Shown here one piece after another: positions 48,069-58,650 of a stretch of DNA of 64,000 nucleotides. Made by a program: the position numbers and the translations under genes. The stretch is from a bacterium. GTDB lineage: Bacteria; UBA8248. A model generated the notes under the pieces. The model worked only from the letters and a program-made list of their open reading frames with translations. It was not told where the DNA came from and ran no database searches. How positions within the stretch are numbered: the stretch's first letter is position 1; the number at the start of each line of letters is the position of its first letter. The stretch is taken from positions 3,040,001 to 3,104,000 of the forward strand of contig OZ253442.1 in assembly GCA_965261085.1 (NCBI GenBank), read 5' to 3'.

Positions 48069-49025
48069 TTAATTTTTCAGGTGCGAATAATCCCGGTCAT
48101 ACGCGGGCGGCAGCGCGCCTCCCCGCCCCAGAACGACGTGGAGCTTGCCCCATCCCCGGCCCGAATTCCAAAACCCGCGCGTGACGCCCGCAGGCGCCCA
48201 GCACATATCCCATGGCCCGAGAACTTCTTGATGCGAACCCCCCGCCTCATCGACCCAATGCACCGTCCAGTCGCTCTCAAGAGGGATGAAGGCCTCTTCC
48301 AAATCCAGATGATCATGCAGCGGAGCGCCCGAGCCCACCCGGTTTTCGTTGATGACGACGGAGAACTCTCCCTCCGGCAGGGATGGAGGCGGACCCACAC
48401 CATCGAGTTCACCGCCCACGTGTCCCACGTAGCGGCGAATCCCCCGCACTCCCTCTGGCAGAGAGGCTTCATAGTAAACCTGGAAATTCATGGGGCATTC
48501 ATCATAACGGACCACCTGGGTGAGGGGATCGACGAAAGAGACGCTCTCGCTCCCCGCGCCCTCCCCTTCTCCCTGGAACACGGGCGGCTCGTACGCGCCG
48601 CGCCCGTGAATGTAGTAGAGAAAGCCATCCTCATCCCCGGAGTTTCTGTAACCGCGCATGACGCCCGCCGGCATCCGGATGGCGTCGTAGCGTCCGAGTT
48701 CCACTGTCTTGATTTCCCCATCGCGCGCATCGACCCAGAAGACTTCGAACGCGCCTTCCCACACCATGAAAACCTCCTCGAACCCGTGGCTGTGCAGCGG
48801 AGCGCCGTTTCCGGGAGGCGCCATCACAATACCGTTGGCGAATTCCCAGCCGGGGAGCGCCGCTTTCGGCTCTTTTTCGCGAGGTCCCCCGATATAACGA
48901 TAAACAGCCCGGTGATGCCCCTGCTCGCGCGCATCGGGAGACGAGTCCCAATCGGGCATGATCTCGGCGAAATGGACAATCGTGGTGGGTACGGCTCTGG
49001 AAGTATGTTTCGTCATCTTCAGCAC
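48069..49025 (-). CDS. Bicupin protein
   Basis: Two GAPLH.H..EE.F...P.GV.RG..N repeats. Confidence 0.85.
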   Translation of the reverse strand: MLKMTKHTSRAVPTTIVHFAEIMPDWDSSPDAREQGHHRAVYRYIGGPREKEPKAALPGWEFANGIVMAPPGNGAPLHSHGFEEVFMVWEGAFEVFWVDARDGEIKTVELGRYDAIRMPAGVMRGYRNSGDEDGFLYYIHGRGAYEPPVFQGEGEGAGSESVSFVDPLTQVVRYDECPMNFQVYYEASLPEGVRGIRRYVGHVGGELDGVGPPPSLPEGEFSVVINENRVGSGAPLHDHLDLEEAFIPLESDWTVHWVDEAGGSHQEVLGPWDMCWAPAGVTRGFWNSGRGWGKLHVVLGRGGALPPAYDRDYSHLKN

Positions 49026-49041
49026 CTCGCTGGTTATAAGG

Positions 49042-50397
49042 TCATGGAAGCGTCGCGTTTAGATACACGCCTTCCGCCTCATACGCCTCATCGAGCAGGA
49101 CGACAGGATGCACCACCCGAAGGTCCATGTCCCGTTCGCGGGCGCCGAATGCGATTTGAATCTGACAACCAGGGTTGCCCGTGCAGACCACGGGCGCCTC
49201 AGAATCTTTCACGTGCCCCATTTTCCTGTCGAGAAGCTGCATGGAAATTTCCGTCTGCGTGAGATTGTAGCTGCCGGCGGAGCCGCAGCACCAATCGCTC
49301 TCCTTGAGAGGCACCGTCTCGACGTTGCGGATCGCGGAAAGAACCTCGAGCGGCTCCTTGCGAACCTTGAGCGCGTGGAAAAGATGGCAGGGGTGGTGAT
49401 ACGCGATTTTCCGGGGCGAGGGGTGCGCCGCTTCCCGGACGCCGATTCTGGAGAGAAACACGGTGACGTCCATCGCCTTGTCGCTGAACTCCTTCGCGCG
49501 GCTCGCGTATACAGGATCTTTCGCGAGCAAATCCTTGTAGTCATGGAGCATGGCCCCGCAGCCGGATACGGCCAGTATAACGGCGTCGAACTCTCCCGCG
49601 TCGATGGCGTCGATATTCTCGCGCGCGAGGATTCTCGCCGCCTCCCTGTCTCCGGCATGGGCTTGCAGCGCGCCGCAGCAGGTCTGCGCGGCGGGGAACA
49701 CCACGCGCACCCCGTTCGCCGCCAACGTGCGTATGGCGGCCCTGTTCACATCCCCGAACAAGGTGGATTGAATGCATCCGCCGAAGAAGGCGACGCGGTG
49801 TTTTTCCTCTCCGATGGGCGCTACTTCGGGGGGAAGAGCCCGCATCGAATAGATGGGGGGAACTTCGGGCATCATGGGTTCGAGCGCGGCCAGTTTTTTG
49901 GGCAAAAGACCCAAACCCCGCACCACGCTCTTCAAAAACGTGGTCTGGTACACTCTCGTGGCCACGCCCGCCAGGTTGAGCAACGTCCTGTTGGGCAGAA
50001 GCCAGCGGAAGAGGATTCTCCTCAAAACCCGCACCGACAAGGGGCGTTTTCTTACCTTTTCGAGTCCTTCGCGCGCCGCCTCTATCAAAGAACCATAGGG
50101 CACGCCCGATGGGCACGCCGTCTCGCAGGCGCGGCAGTCCAGGCAGCGATCGAGGTGTTTTATCACCGTCTCGTTCGGCGCCATCTCGCCGTCCGCCACC
50201 ATGCGCATGAGGTAGATTCTGCCGCGTGGGGAGTCCATCTCGTTGCCGAGCAGCGTGAAGGTGGGGCAACTCGTGCCGCAGAACCCACAGTGGATGCAGC
50301 GCTGAATCATCCGCCTGTCGGGAGCGTCCGGGCCGACGAAGGGATTCTCGTATTCAGGAAAAACCTGCGCGAAACCTACTTTTTCACCTGTCGCCAC
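49042..50397 (-). CDS. glcF: Glycolate oxidase Fe-S subunit
   Basis: CIHCGFC...CPT, CLDCRACETACPSGV, two CCG domains. Confidence 0.9.
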   Translation of the reverse strand: MATGEKVGFAQVFPEYENPFVGPDAPDRRMIQRCIHCGFCGTSCPTFTLLGNEMDSPRGRIYLMRMVADGEMAPNETVIKHLDRCLDCRACETACPSGVPYGSLIEAAREGLEKVRKRPLSVRVLRRILFRWLLPNRTLLNLAGVATRVYQTTFLKSVVRGLGLLPKKLAALEPMMPEVPPIYSMRALPPEVAPIGEEKHRVAFFGGCIQSTLFGDVNRAAIRTLAANGVRVVFPAAQTCCGALQAHAGDREAARILARENIDAIDAGEFDAVILAVSGCGAMLHDYKDLLAKDPVYASRAKEFSDKAMDVTVFLSRIGVREAAHPSPRKIAYHHPCHLFHALKVRKEPLEVLSAIRNVETVPLKESDWCCGSAGSYNLTQTEISMQLLDRKMGHVKDSEAPVVCTGNPGCQIQIAFGARERDMDLRVVHPVVLLDEAYEAEGVYLNATLP

Positions 50398-50411
50398 TTT
50401 CCTCTCCCACT

Positions 50412-51791
50412 TTACATCCGTCCCACGAATCGGCCGGGACTCAAAATTCCCTTCGGGTCATATGTTTTCTTTATGTTCCGCATCACCTGCAGCGCGGCAG
50501 GCTCGAGCGCGTCCTCACCCCATACGGATATTTGCCCTTTAAGTGAATCCGGCCCGGAATCCATACGCAAGTGAACCGAGCGGGCTTGCGCTTCATCCTT
50601 CCCCTCCCTACACAGAGAGGAGAAGACGCGCCATGCCTCAAGCGGAGAGGATTCCGCATCCTCGGGCGAGAGCCAGCACCTCAAAACCCCGCTGCCCGCG
50701 TGCGCCGAGGTGGCGTAACGATATTTTCCCGCCTCGGCGGCGCGCCTTGTCGCCTCCGCAAAGCGGGGCAGTTGATCGAGACGACCCGAAGCCCTGAGAG
50801 CGAGCGCCTCGGAGTCTGAGAAATCTTCCCCCGGAGGATCGGCCAAAACTCGGCCCAGGCGCGCGGTGTCCTCATCACCAAACCGCACAATTTCGCCCCC
50901 GCCCTCTTTCACGAGAATTTCCTCGAAACGGGCCAGTTGATCCTTCAACCCCTCTTCGAAATCGCCGAAAGAAGCCGCGAGGCACACGGGGCCGGGCAAG
51001 GCGATTCCGCCCTCCGATGCCAGCGAGGCGATGCGCATATCGTTCAAGACCTCCGCCCACACGGGCATAAGAGGCGTGGCCATCAGCGCCCTTGCGGCCT
51101 TGAACGCGGCATCGGCGGACCCGAAACAAGCAGCCCTAGCCCCGATATGCTCGGGGGCCTTATACAGGCGAATCGCCAACTCGGTGACGACGGCCAGTGT
51201 CCCCCAGCTTCCTGAAAGGAGGCGATTCATGTCGTAGCCGGTGACGTTTTTCACAACCAGCGCGCCATAGGTGTGGGTCGCACCGTCGGCCAAGGCCACC
51301 TTCATGCGCATCACGCGGTCGCGCGCCTTGCCCCAGCGCACCCGCATGGGACCCGAACGATCCGCGATAATAGTCCCCCCCACCGTGGAGGTTCCCGGAT
51401 GCGGAGGGTCAAGACCCGCCGTCTGTCCCTCGACACCCGTCAGCATATCGAGGCTCTCGACGCTCATCCCCGCCTCCACCACGGCGGTAAGGTCGTTTTT
51501 CAGAAACTCCACCGCCTTCGACATGCGCTCCAGGGAGAGCGCCACGTCGTACCTCTCGGGCGCATACCCCGCTCCCCTTCCCGTGCCCCCTCCCCAGGGA
51601 AATACGGCCAGACCCGCTTCGTTCGCACGCGCGAGAACACGGCATAGGGCTTCATGATCGGCGGGACTCACCACCACCGAGGGCGTTTTGCCCCCCAGTT
51701 TGAACGACTCCGCCCTATCATCGGAAAAGAGATCGGAATCGCCTAAGTCTGCTTCTACGGATTGGGCGAACGAATCGAGTTTAAGGGCCAT
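50412..51791 (-). CDS. glcE: Glycolate oxidase FAD-binding subunit
   Basis: GGGT, TVGG, VKNVTGYD, GSWGTL, DPKGILSPGRF. Confidence 0.85.
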   Translation of the reverse strand: MALKLDSFAQSVEADLGDSDLFSDDRAESFKLGGKTPSVVVSPADHEALCRVLARANEAGLAVFPWGGGTGRGAGYAPERYDVALSLERMSKAVEFLKNDLTAVVEAGMSVESLDMLTGVEGQTAGLDPPHPGTSTVGGTIIADRSGPMRVRWGKARDRVMRMKVALADGATHTYGALVVKNVTGYDMNRLLSGSWGTLAVVTELAIRLYKAPEHIGARAACFGSADAAFKAARALMATPLMPVWAEVLNDMRIASLASEGGIALPGPVCLAASFGDFEEGLKDQLARFEEILVKEGGGEIVRFGDEDTARLGRVLADPPGEDFSDSEALALRASGRLDQLPRFAEATRRAAEAGKYRYATSAHAGSGVLRCWLSPEDAESSPLEAWRVFSSLCREGKDEAQARSVHLRMDSGPDSLKGQISVWGEDALEPAALQVMRNIKKTYDPKGILSPGRFVGRM

Positions 51792-51798
51792 GGTTTTC

Positions 51799-53244
51799 CT
51801 ACTTCGTCATCCCGCCGCCCATTCTGGCGACGCCGGCGCCGAGAGCAACCGGGAACACGTTGTCCTCATCGGGTATCAGTTTACCGGGGTTCATCATGCC
51901 GTCCACATCGATGGCGTCACGTACGCGCTCCATAATCTCGAGCGTGGGTTCATCGAATTGGTCTTTCATCTCCCTGATCTTCTCGATTCCGATGCCGTGC
52001 TCGCCCGAGAGCACGCCCCCCGCCCGTATACATGCGCGCAGCACCTCCGCCCCGCACTCTATCGCCCGCTCCGTCTCCCCGGGCACTTGATCGTCGAACA
52101 AGACGTTGGGATGCAGGCTCCCGTCTCCGGCATGAAATACGTTGGTGATGCGCAAATCAAAACGGGCGGCGATTTCATCGAATTCCTCCAGCACCTGCGC
52201 CAGTTTCGAGCGGGGAACCGTGCCATCCAGACAATAATAGGCAGGAGCGATCACCCCGAAGGCGCCGAACGCCTTTTTCCGGCCCATCCAAAGGCTCTCG
52301 CGCTCCTCTTCGGTCTGCGCGATCCGGAACGAAGAGCAATTGTTCTTCTCGCTCACCTCGCGAATGAGGGTTTCGAGCGGTCTGATGGATGACGGCAGGC
52401 CGTCGAGTTCGATCAGCAAGACGGCCTCGGCATCCTTGGGATAACCCGCCTGCACCACCATCTCGACCGCCTCTATGGTGTAGCGATCCATCAACTCCAT
52501 CGCAGCGGGCACTGCCCCCGCCGCAATGACGTCGCTCACCGTCCGGCACGCATCCCCGACTTTCGTAAAACACACGAGCATGGTGCGCACGCTTTCGGGG
52601 TTGGGCGTGAGCCTCACGGTGAGTTCCGTGATGACGGCGAACGTGCCCTCCGAACCGATGAAGAATCCGCGCAGGTCGAAACCCGGCGTCTCCTCCCCGT
52701 CCGCACCGAGATGCGCCACCTCGCCCGTGGCCAGGACGACTGTCATCTCCATGATGTGGTTCGTCGTCATCCCGTACTTGAGACAATGCGCGCCGCCCGA
52801 GTTCTCCGCCGCATTGCCGCCGATGGTGCAGGCCGCCTGGCTGGAAGGATCGGGCGCATAGTGAAAACCATGCGGCAGGGTTTCGCGCGAGAGATGGAGG
52901 TTCACGACCCCCGGCTGCACGCGCGCGAGACGGTTTTCGTAGTCGAGTTCCAAAATCTTGTTCATCCGCGTGAAGACGATGAGTACGCCGCCCGGCAGGG
53001 GCGTTGCGCCTCCCGAGAGACCCGTGCCCGCTCCTCTGGCGATCAGGGGTACCCGGTATTCGCGGCAGATTTCGACGACTCGCCGGACTTCCTCGGTGCT
53101 CTCGGGCAATACGACGGCCGATGGCACGCCTTTGTAGATCGTGAGTCCATCGCAATCATACGTCCTGAGCGCTACCGGATCGGTGTGGATGAATTCCTCC
53201 CCCACCGCTTGCGTCAATTTTTGAATGAACTCGGCGCTATTCAC
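51799..53244 (-). CDS. glcD: Glycolate oxidase FAD-linked subunit
   Basis: ARGAGTGLSGG, PDPSSQ, GSEGT, HAGDG.LHP, GEHGIGIEK. Confidence 0.92.
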   Translation of the reverse strand: MNSAEFIQKLTQAVGEEFIHTDPVALRTYDCDGLTIYKGVPSAVVLPESTEEVRRVVEICREYRVPLIARGAGTGLSGGATPLPGGVLIVFTRMNKILELDYENRLARVQPGVVNLHLSRETLPHGFHYAPDPSSQAACTIGGNAAENSGGAHCLKYGMTTNHIMEMTVVLATGEVAHLGADGEETPGFDLRGFFIGSEGTFAVITELTVRLTPNPESVRTMLVCFTKVGDACRTVSDVIAAGAVPAAMELMDRYTIEAVEMVVQAGYPKDAEAVLLIELDGLPSSIRPLETLIREVSEKNNCSSFRIAQTEEERESLWMGRKKAFGAFGVIAPAYYCLDGTVPRSKLAQVLEEFDEIAARFDLRITNVFHAGDGSLHPNVLFDDQVPGETERAIECGAEVLRACIRAGGVLSGEHGIGIEKIREMKDQFDEPTLEIMERVRDAIDVDGMMNPGKLIPDEDNVFPVALGAGVARMGGGMTK

Positions 53245-53341
53245 CTCAACCCCTCGCGACGCTTCCTGAATGACGAAAAACCCTTTAGGGTGTCGCCATT
53301 ATACCCATGCTTCAGAAAAAAACGAAGAGAAAGGCGACTTC

Positions 53342-54643
53342 TTGGACAAGTCCGGCGGTTCCACTCCGGTTTCCGGCTATTCCGCCAGACCCGGGCGAGC
53401 GAGCGGTTTATATTATGGATGGGTGATCGTCGGCGTATCGTTCGCCACCATGGCCTTCCACCTGTCGGCCAGTTTTTCTTTTTCCCTGTTTCAGGTCCCT
53501 CTGATTGAAGAATTCGGCTGGAGCAGAGGCGCCCTGGGCGGCGCATTCGCCGTGAGCATGAGCCTCTACGCCATCTGTAATCCCAAGATGGGCTCCATCC
53601 TGGAGAGAAAAGGCCCCAGGGCCCTGATTCCATGGGGTTCGGTCTCGATTGGCCTGGGGCTCATGCTGGGCTTTTTCATCTCATCTCTTTGGCATGTGTA
53701 TCTTTTTATTGGTGTTCTAATCGGCCTGGGGCTTTCGATGAGCGGCTTCGTGACGCACAGCGCGCTCCTGCCGCGATGGTTCTTCAGAAACCGGGGTCTG
53801 GCGGCGGGCATCGCCATCTCTGGCATCGGCATCGGCTCATTCATCCTGATGCCCACCATCGAAAGACTCATCGCCAACTTCGGCTGGCGCTACGCCTACC
53901 TGATTTTCGGCGCCTCGATACTTCTCATCATCCTGCCACTCAAATTACTCCTGCTCAGAAATCATCCCTCCGACGTCGGTCAGAACATCGACGGCGCGTC
54001 AGACGAAGAGGCCGCCGGGTTTCCAAAACCACCGGCCTTCCGCTCCCAGAATGTGGGAGAAGTATTCCAGCGAATAAAAGGGGAGAAAAATTTCTGGGCT
54101 TTGACGATCCTCGTTTTCGTCATCGGCCTGAACAACAACACCATCTGGAGCCAGCTCCAGATATTCTTCGTCGACGCAAATTTCAGCACCGCGTTCGGCG
54201 CTTTCGTCTTCGGGCTCACGGGCGCCATCCGGATTCTCGGCAGCGTGGTCCTGGGTTGGGCAAGCGATCGCATACCGCGCAAAAGGGCCCAGGCCATCGC
54301 CCTTTTCCTGGGGGGCGTCGGCGTCCTCGTCTTGCTTCTCGTGCCTTATATGGGCAACGGCGTCGTCTTCGCCTTTTTGTTCGCCGCCATTTACGGCTTC
54401 GGCGTCGGCGGCATGACGGCATGCTATGCGGCCATGACCGCGGACGCCTACGGCGGACGCTCGTTCGCCGTCATCATCGGATTGCTGGAAATCTCTTTCG
54501 GCCTGGGAGGATTAATCGGCCCTCCTATGGCGGGCTTCATGTTCGACTACACGGGAAGCTACGTGCTGCCTTTCTGCATCGTGATCATCTTCCAGGCGGT
54601 CGCGCTCCTCGTCTGTCAATTCATCTACAGCACCGAGAAGTAA
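53342..54643 (+). CDS. MFS transporter (OFA/MCT-like)
   Basis: YYGW, WF...RGLA.GI, FD.TGSY; probable TTG start at 53342. Confidence 0.88.
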   Translation: MDKSGGSTPVSGYSARPGRASGLYYGWVIVGVSFATMAFHLSASFSFSLFQVPLIEEFGWSRGALGGAFAVSMSLYAICNPKMGSILERKGPRALIPWGSVSIGLGLMLGFFISSLWHVYLFIGVLIGLGLSMSGFVTHSALLPRWFFRNRGLAAGIAISGIGIGSFILMPTIERLIANFGWRYAYLIFGASILLIILPLKLLLLRNHPSDVGQNIDGASDEEAAGFPKPPAFRSQNVGEVFQRIKGEKNFWALTILVFVIGLNNNTIWSQLQIFFVDANFSTAFGAFVFGLTGAIRILGSVVLGWASDRIPRKRAQAIALFLGGVGVLVLLLVPYMGNGVVFAFLFAAIYGFGVGGMTACYAAMTADAYGGRSFAVIIGLLEISFGLGGLIGPPMAGFMFDYTGSYVLPFCIVIIFQAVALLVCQFIYSTEK

Positions 54644-54653
54644 GACCCATCTC

Positions 54654-55931
54654 ATGAGACAAAGAAAAAACACCCGCCCCTGGATTTACTACGGGTGGAT
54701 AATCGTCGGCACGTCTTTCGTCACCATGGCGTTTCATCAAGCGGCGCGTTTTTCTTTTTCCATCTTTCAGGTTCCCCTGATTCAAGAGTTCGGCTGGGGG
54801 CGAGGCGCCCTGGGCGGAGCCTACGCCCTGATGCTGGGCAGCTACGCGCTGTTCAGCCCCATCATGGGGAACCTGTTCGACAAAAAAGGAGCGCGAGCGA
54901 TCATGCCCTGGGGTTCGGTGTTGGTGGGCACAGGTTTCGTCCTGGGCTATTTCATCAGCGAACTCTGGCACGTCTACATCGTCCCCTGCCTGTTCGTGGG
55001 AATCGGGATGGCGCTCAGCGGCTTCGCGCTGCACAGCGCTATCATGCCGCAGTGGTTTCAGAAAAAACGCGGCTTCGCCACAGGGTTGGCCCTCTCCGGC
55101 AGCGGGACGGGAATCTTGCTTTTCATGCCGCTCATCGAATGGTTCATCGCCACGAAAGGCTGGCGATTGACCTACCTGATTTTCGGCCTGGCCGTGCTGT
55201 TCATCGTCGTCCCCATCACGGCGTTACTGCTCAGAAAAGGGCCCGAGGAAGTGGGCCAATACATCGACGGAAGATCTCAACCTCCGTCCGATTCACCCCC
55301 AAAACCAAGCACAAAATCGCCCAGCCCACCTTTACTCAAGGTATTTCGCCAAGTTTATAAGGAAAAAAATTTCTGGACGCTCCTCATCGTCGTGTTCTTT
55401 ATCGGGTTGAACAACAATTCGATATTAAGCCAACTCCAGCTATTTCTGGTCGACGCCGAATACAGCACGGCTCTGGCGGCCTTCTTTTTCGGGATGCTGG
55501 GCGCGATCCGGATGCTGGGCACCTTTTCAGTGGGCTGGCTGAGCGATTCCGTCGGCAGGCAGCGCGCCCAAGCCCTCTCCGCCTTCATCACGGTTTGCGG
55601 GATCGGGGTTCTGCTTTCCATTCCCCATATACCGCATAAGATTTTAATGGGCTGGATTTTCGTCCTCGTCTACGGAATCGGCCTCGGGGGGATGAGCGTG
55701 TGCCACTCATCCATGTCCGCAGATGCGTTCAGAGGCCCCACGTTCGGGGCCACCATCGGGCTGCTCGAAATTTTCTTTGGTCTCGGGGGATTCATCGGCC
55801 CGCCGCTGGCGGGTTTTATTTTCGATTATACGGGAAGCTACATGATCCCCTTCGTCGGGATATCGGTCGGCCTGCTGTTCTGTATCTTCATGTGCCTGTT
55901 CGTCTATGAAACGCCGCGAGGAGCCTCGTAA
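54654..55931 (+). CDS. MFS transporter (OFA/MCT-like), paralog of the upstream gene
   Basis: Same motifs and colinear with 53342-54643. Confidence 0.88.
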   Translation: MRQRKNTRPWIYYGWIIVGTSFVTMAFHQAARFSFSIFQVPLIQEFGWGRGALGGAYALMLGSYALFSPIMGNLFDKKGARAIMPWGSVLVGTGFVLGYFISELWHVYIVPCLFVGIGMALSGFALHSAIMPQWFQKKRGFATGLALSGSGTGILLFMPLIEWFIATKGWRLTYLIFGLAVLFIVVPITALLLRKGPEEVGQYIDGRSQPPSDSPPKPSTKSPSPPLLKVFRQVYKEKNFWTLLIVVFFIGLNNNSILSQLQLFLVDAEYSTALAAFFFGMLGAIRMLGTFSVGWLSDSVGRQRAQALSAFITVCGIGVLLSIPHIPHKILMGWIFVLVYGIGLGGMSVCHSSMSADAFRGPTFGATIGLLEIFFGLGGFIGPPLAGFIFDYTGSYMIPFVGISVGLLFCIFMCLFVYETPRGAS

Positions 55932-55943
55932 GCGCAGCGGGCA

Positions 55944-56768
55944 TCAAAAAGGTCGGCTCAACACCTCCAGGGCTTCGGCCGCTTTCGCCCTGTCTCCTTC
56001 GATGCGCAGAGCGCCCGTTTTTTCTTTATCCTCCAGACTCGCCCGGCCCGTAGTGAGCAAGACCAGATCACTCCCGCGGCATACGATGCGCGCGTCACAA
56101 TCCGCAGGCTCTGAAAACACGATTTCGGGATCACCCTTCAAGACCCGCAGCGCCCATCTTCGCTCAGGCTCGCTCGTCTCAAAGCAGATGGTTCCGCTGA
56201 AATCCCTATCCCCCCGCGCCCTGAAAAAGATGGGGAAGCGCTCCGGCAGGCAATCGACGGCCATGGGCAGTGATGGGGGGTGCAGATCACCATCAGGCAG
56301 ATTCCGGATATCCCAATCGTGGAGGATCAACTCATACAGCCTTTGTCCGGGAAACGTGCGAACCGGACACGGCGCGAGCCAATGCCAGGCTTCTTTATCC
56401 AAATCATCGGGCCGAATCGCCTCGAAGACTCCCTGTAATCGCCACACCGCATCGGCAAAGACATCTATACGCTCATCGGCGGAAAGCGCTGCGAGTTCAT
56501 CCCCTATTTTTTTCCGGTACGCCCAAAACGATTCTAAATCCGTGGCGCCAAAAGGCATTTCCAGACGCCCGGCGGCCCCCGGGGGAATGACGTGCGCATA
56601 GAAACGCGCGCCTAGCGTCATATGCGCCACCACGTCGGCCACAGACCAGCCCGGACAGAACGTGGGCGCGCGCCACTCCTGCTCACTCAAATTCCGCAGG
56701 GTTGCAATGAACCTGTGGTTTTCCTTCGCCACCCAGGATAAGACGCGAACAAGGGAATCCATAGTCAT
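55944..56768 (-). CDS. MDMPI/DinB-superfamily protein with C-terminal SCP2-like domain
   Basis: PT.CPGWSV.DVVAH, E...H.WD, LRIEGD. Confidence 0.8.
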   Translation of the reverse strand: MTMDSLVRVLSWVAKENHRFIATLRNLSEQEWRAPTFCPGWSVADVVAHMTLGARFYAHVIPPGAAGRLEMPFGATDLESFWAYRKKIGDELAALSADERIDVFADAVWRLQGVFEAIRPDDLDKEAWHWLAPCPVRTFPGQRLYELILHDWDIRNLPDGDLHPPSLPMAVDCLPERFPIFFRARGDRDFSGTICFETSEPERRWALRVLKGDPEIVFSEPADCDARIVCRGSDLVLLTTGRASLEDKEKTGALRIEGDRAKAAEALEVLSRPF

Positions 56769-56923
56769 GAAATTCAGCTCTTGCGCCCGGTTACAGGAAA
56801 ATCCAAGTACCCGCGCTCACGCATATCAACGCAAGAAGAAGAAAGAACTTTGGAAGATAACGGCTTTGAGAATGAATCGAGGCTTTTCAGCCAACCGTTC
56901 AGAAATGCGAAATTTCATCGGCA

Positions 56924-57976
56924 TCAGGAGAGCATGGCCACTTTGAGTTCGCTTGCGATTTCCGTCACTTGTTCCCATACGCCATCCCCCACCGGAATTC
57001 CCTCTCTCAGCCTTCTTTCCTTTTCCCTGAAGCTCCGCTCTCCGGGCACGCGAATCTCCTCCACACCAGGGGCTTTGCGCGTATTCTTGACCTCGGCGAC
57101 GTGGGCATCCACCATCTCCCTGAACACTTGAGGATCCCCGAAAGCGGAAGGGTCGATAGCGATGAACAAATCCCCCTTGTCGTAATGTCCATCGCGCACC
57201 GATTGGGTGAGCGGCTTGCCGACTTTCGCTCCGAGCAAAGGCCCCGCCAAAAGGCCTATCAACAGGCAGAGACCATAACCCTTGTGTCCCCCGAAAGGCG
57301 CAACCGCGCCCGCGGCGGCCGTTTTGGCATCCGTCGTCGGCTCCCCATCCGGCCCCACCGCCACGCCTGCGGGAATCGGCTCTCCCGTCACGCTCGCCTT
57401 GAGGATCATCCCGAAGGGAATCGCACTCGTCGCAAAATCGAGAAGAACAGGTTCATCTGCGCCCGTGGGAACGGCAATCGAAAAAGGATTCGTGCCCAAA
57501 AGGCGCTCTACTCCCCCAAAGGGATGAACAAGCGGCTGCGTGAGGCCGGCGACGATTCCCACGCAGCCGGCCCGGGCAATGCGCTCGGCGTAATAGCCCG
57601 TCATGCAGATATGATCGCTGTTCACGACGCCCACGGTGCAGGAACCCGCTTTTTCCGCCTTTCTGGCCGCCAGGCTCGCACCATAAGTCGCGCCCACGGG
57701 CCCCATGGCGCGATCGCCTTCCACCAACGCGGTCCCCACCCGCTCGTTCACGATATGGGGCTTGGCCCGGGCGTTAATCATTCCGCTCTGGATTCTTCTG
57801 ATCATATTCGGCAGGCGAATCAGACCGTGGGTGGAATATCCTCTGAGATCGGCTTCTATCAATACATCGGCCGTCGTCATCAATTGTTCGTGCGAACAAC
57901 CCACGGCCGCCAGAATACGCTCCATCAAATCGCGCAAGGCGTCCGCGTTGACGATGCGCTCTTCATTTTGACTCAT
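56924..57976 (-). CDS. Ldh_2 family oxidoreductase
   Basis: ADLRG.STHG..R, GTNP, DFATS, GGHKGYGL, RVPGE. Confidence 0.9.
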   Translation of the reverse strand: MSQNEERIVNADALRDLMERILAAVGCSHEQLMTTADVLIEADLRGYSTHGLIRLPNMIRRIQSGMINARAKPHIVNERVGTALVEGDRAMGPVGATYGASLAARKAEKAGSCTVGVVNSDHICMTGYYAERIARAGCVGIVAGLTQPLVHPFGGVERLLGTNPFSIAVPTGADEPVLLDFATSAIPFGMILKASVTGEPIPAGVAVGPDGEPTTDAKTAAAGAVAPFGGHKGYGLCLLIGLLAGPLLGAKVGKPLTQSVRDGHYDKGDLFIAIDPSAFGDPQVFREMVDAHVAEVKNTRKAPGVEEIRVPGERSFREKERRLREGIPVGDGVWEQVTEIASELKVAMLS

Positions 57977-57994
57977 GTGCGGAAAAACCTTCCC

Positions 57995-58504
57995 TTACAG
58001 ATCGGGGTGGGGTGCAGAAACGCTCGGCTTCGTTACGCGCATCATCCAGCAGTAGATTTCTATCCGGTTTCCATCCGGGTCCAGAAAGTAGAACGCATGG
58101 CTCCCGCTTCCCCCGATAAACCCGTTCTCATCCAGTCCTTCATGCGCATGCACATAAGGGCCGGAGACGAACTCCACGCCGCAGGATTTCACATGCTCCT
58201 GGGCAAGAAGCCAATCTTCCCGGTCATCCACCTCAAATGCGATATGGTGCAGCCCCACGTCCGTTCGATTCTCGGAGTCCGACGTCGTCAGTCCCGCTTT
58301 CACGGCGTCTTCCGCCAACTCGAAAAGGACCACCGTGTGGTGTTTTTCTGCGCAGCGTATAAAACAAATCGGCCGGAAAAAATCGGGCGGACCCCATTTT
58401 CCCGTCAGCTTGAGCCCTAGCACATCCCGGTAAAACTTGATGGAGCGCTCCACGTCACTCACGTGGATTCCGATGTGGCCGAGCCGCGCGATATTACAAC
58501 CCAT
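57995..58504 (-). CDS. VOC family protein
   Basis: LGHIGI.V.D, HH, LHHIAF, YFLDPDGNRIE. Confidence 0.88.
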   Translation of the reverse strand: MGCNIARLGHIGIHVSDVERSIKFYRDVLGLKLTGKWGPPDFFRPICFIRCAEKHHTVVLFELAEDAVKAGLTTSDSENRTDVGLHHIAFEVDDREDWLLAQEHVKSCGVEFVSGPYVHAHEGLDENGFIGGSGSHAFYFLDPDGNRIEIYCWMMRVTKPSVSAPHPDL

Positions 58505-58650
58505 GCCTTCTCCTCCCGAGACGAATGTATTGCGGAAAAATTTTGTTTGCCTTTAAGAGTGACGCATCATACCATGCATGCGTTTGGTTGGCGCACGCTG
58601 GTCTATGTTTCCACTCATGCCGCTTTACCTTTACATGAAAGGCCTTTTGA

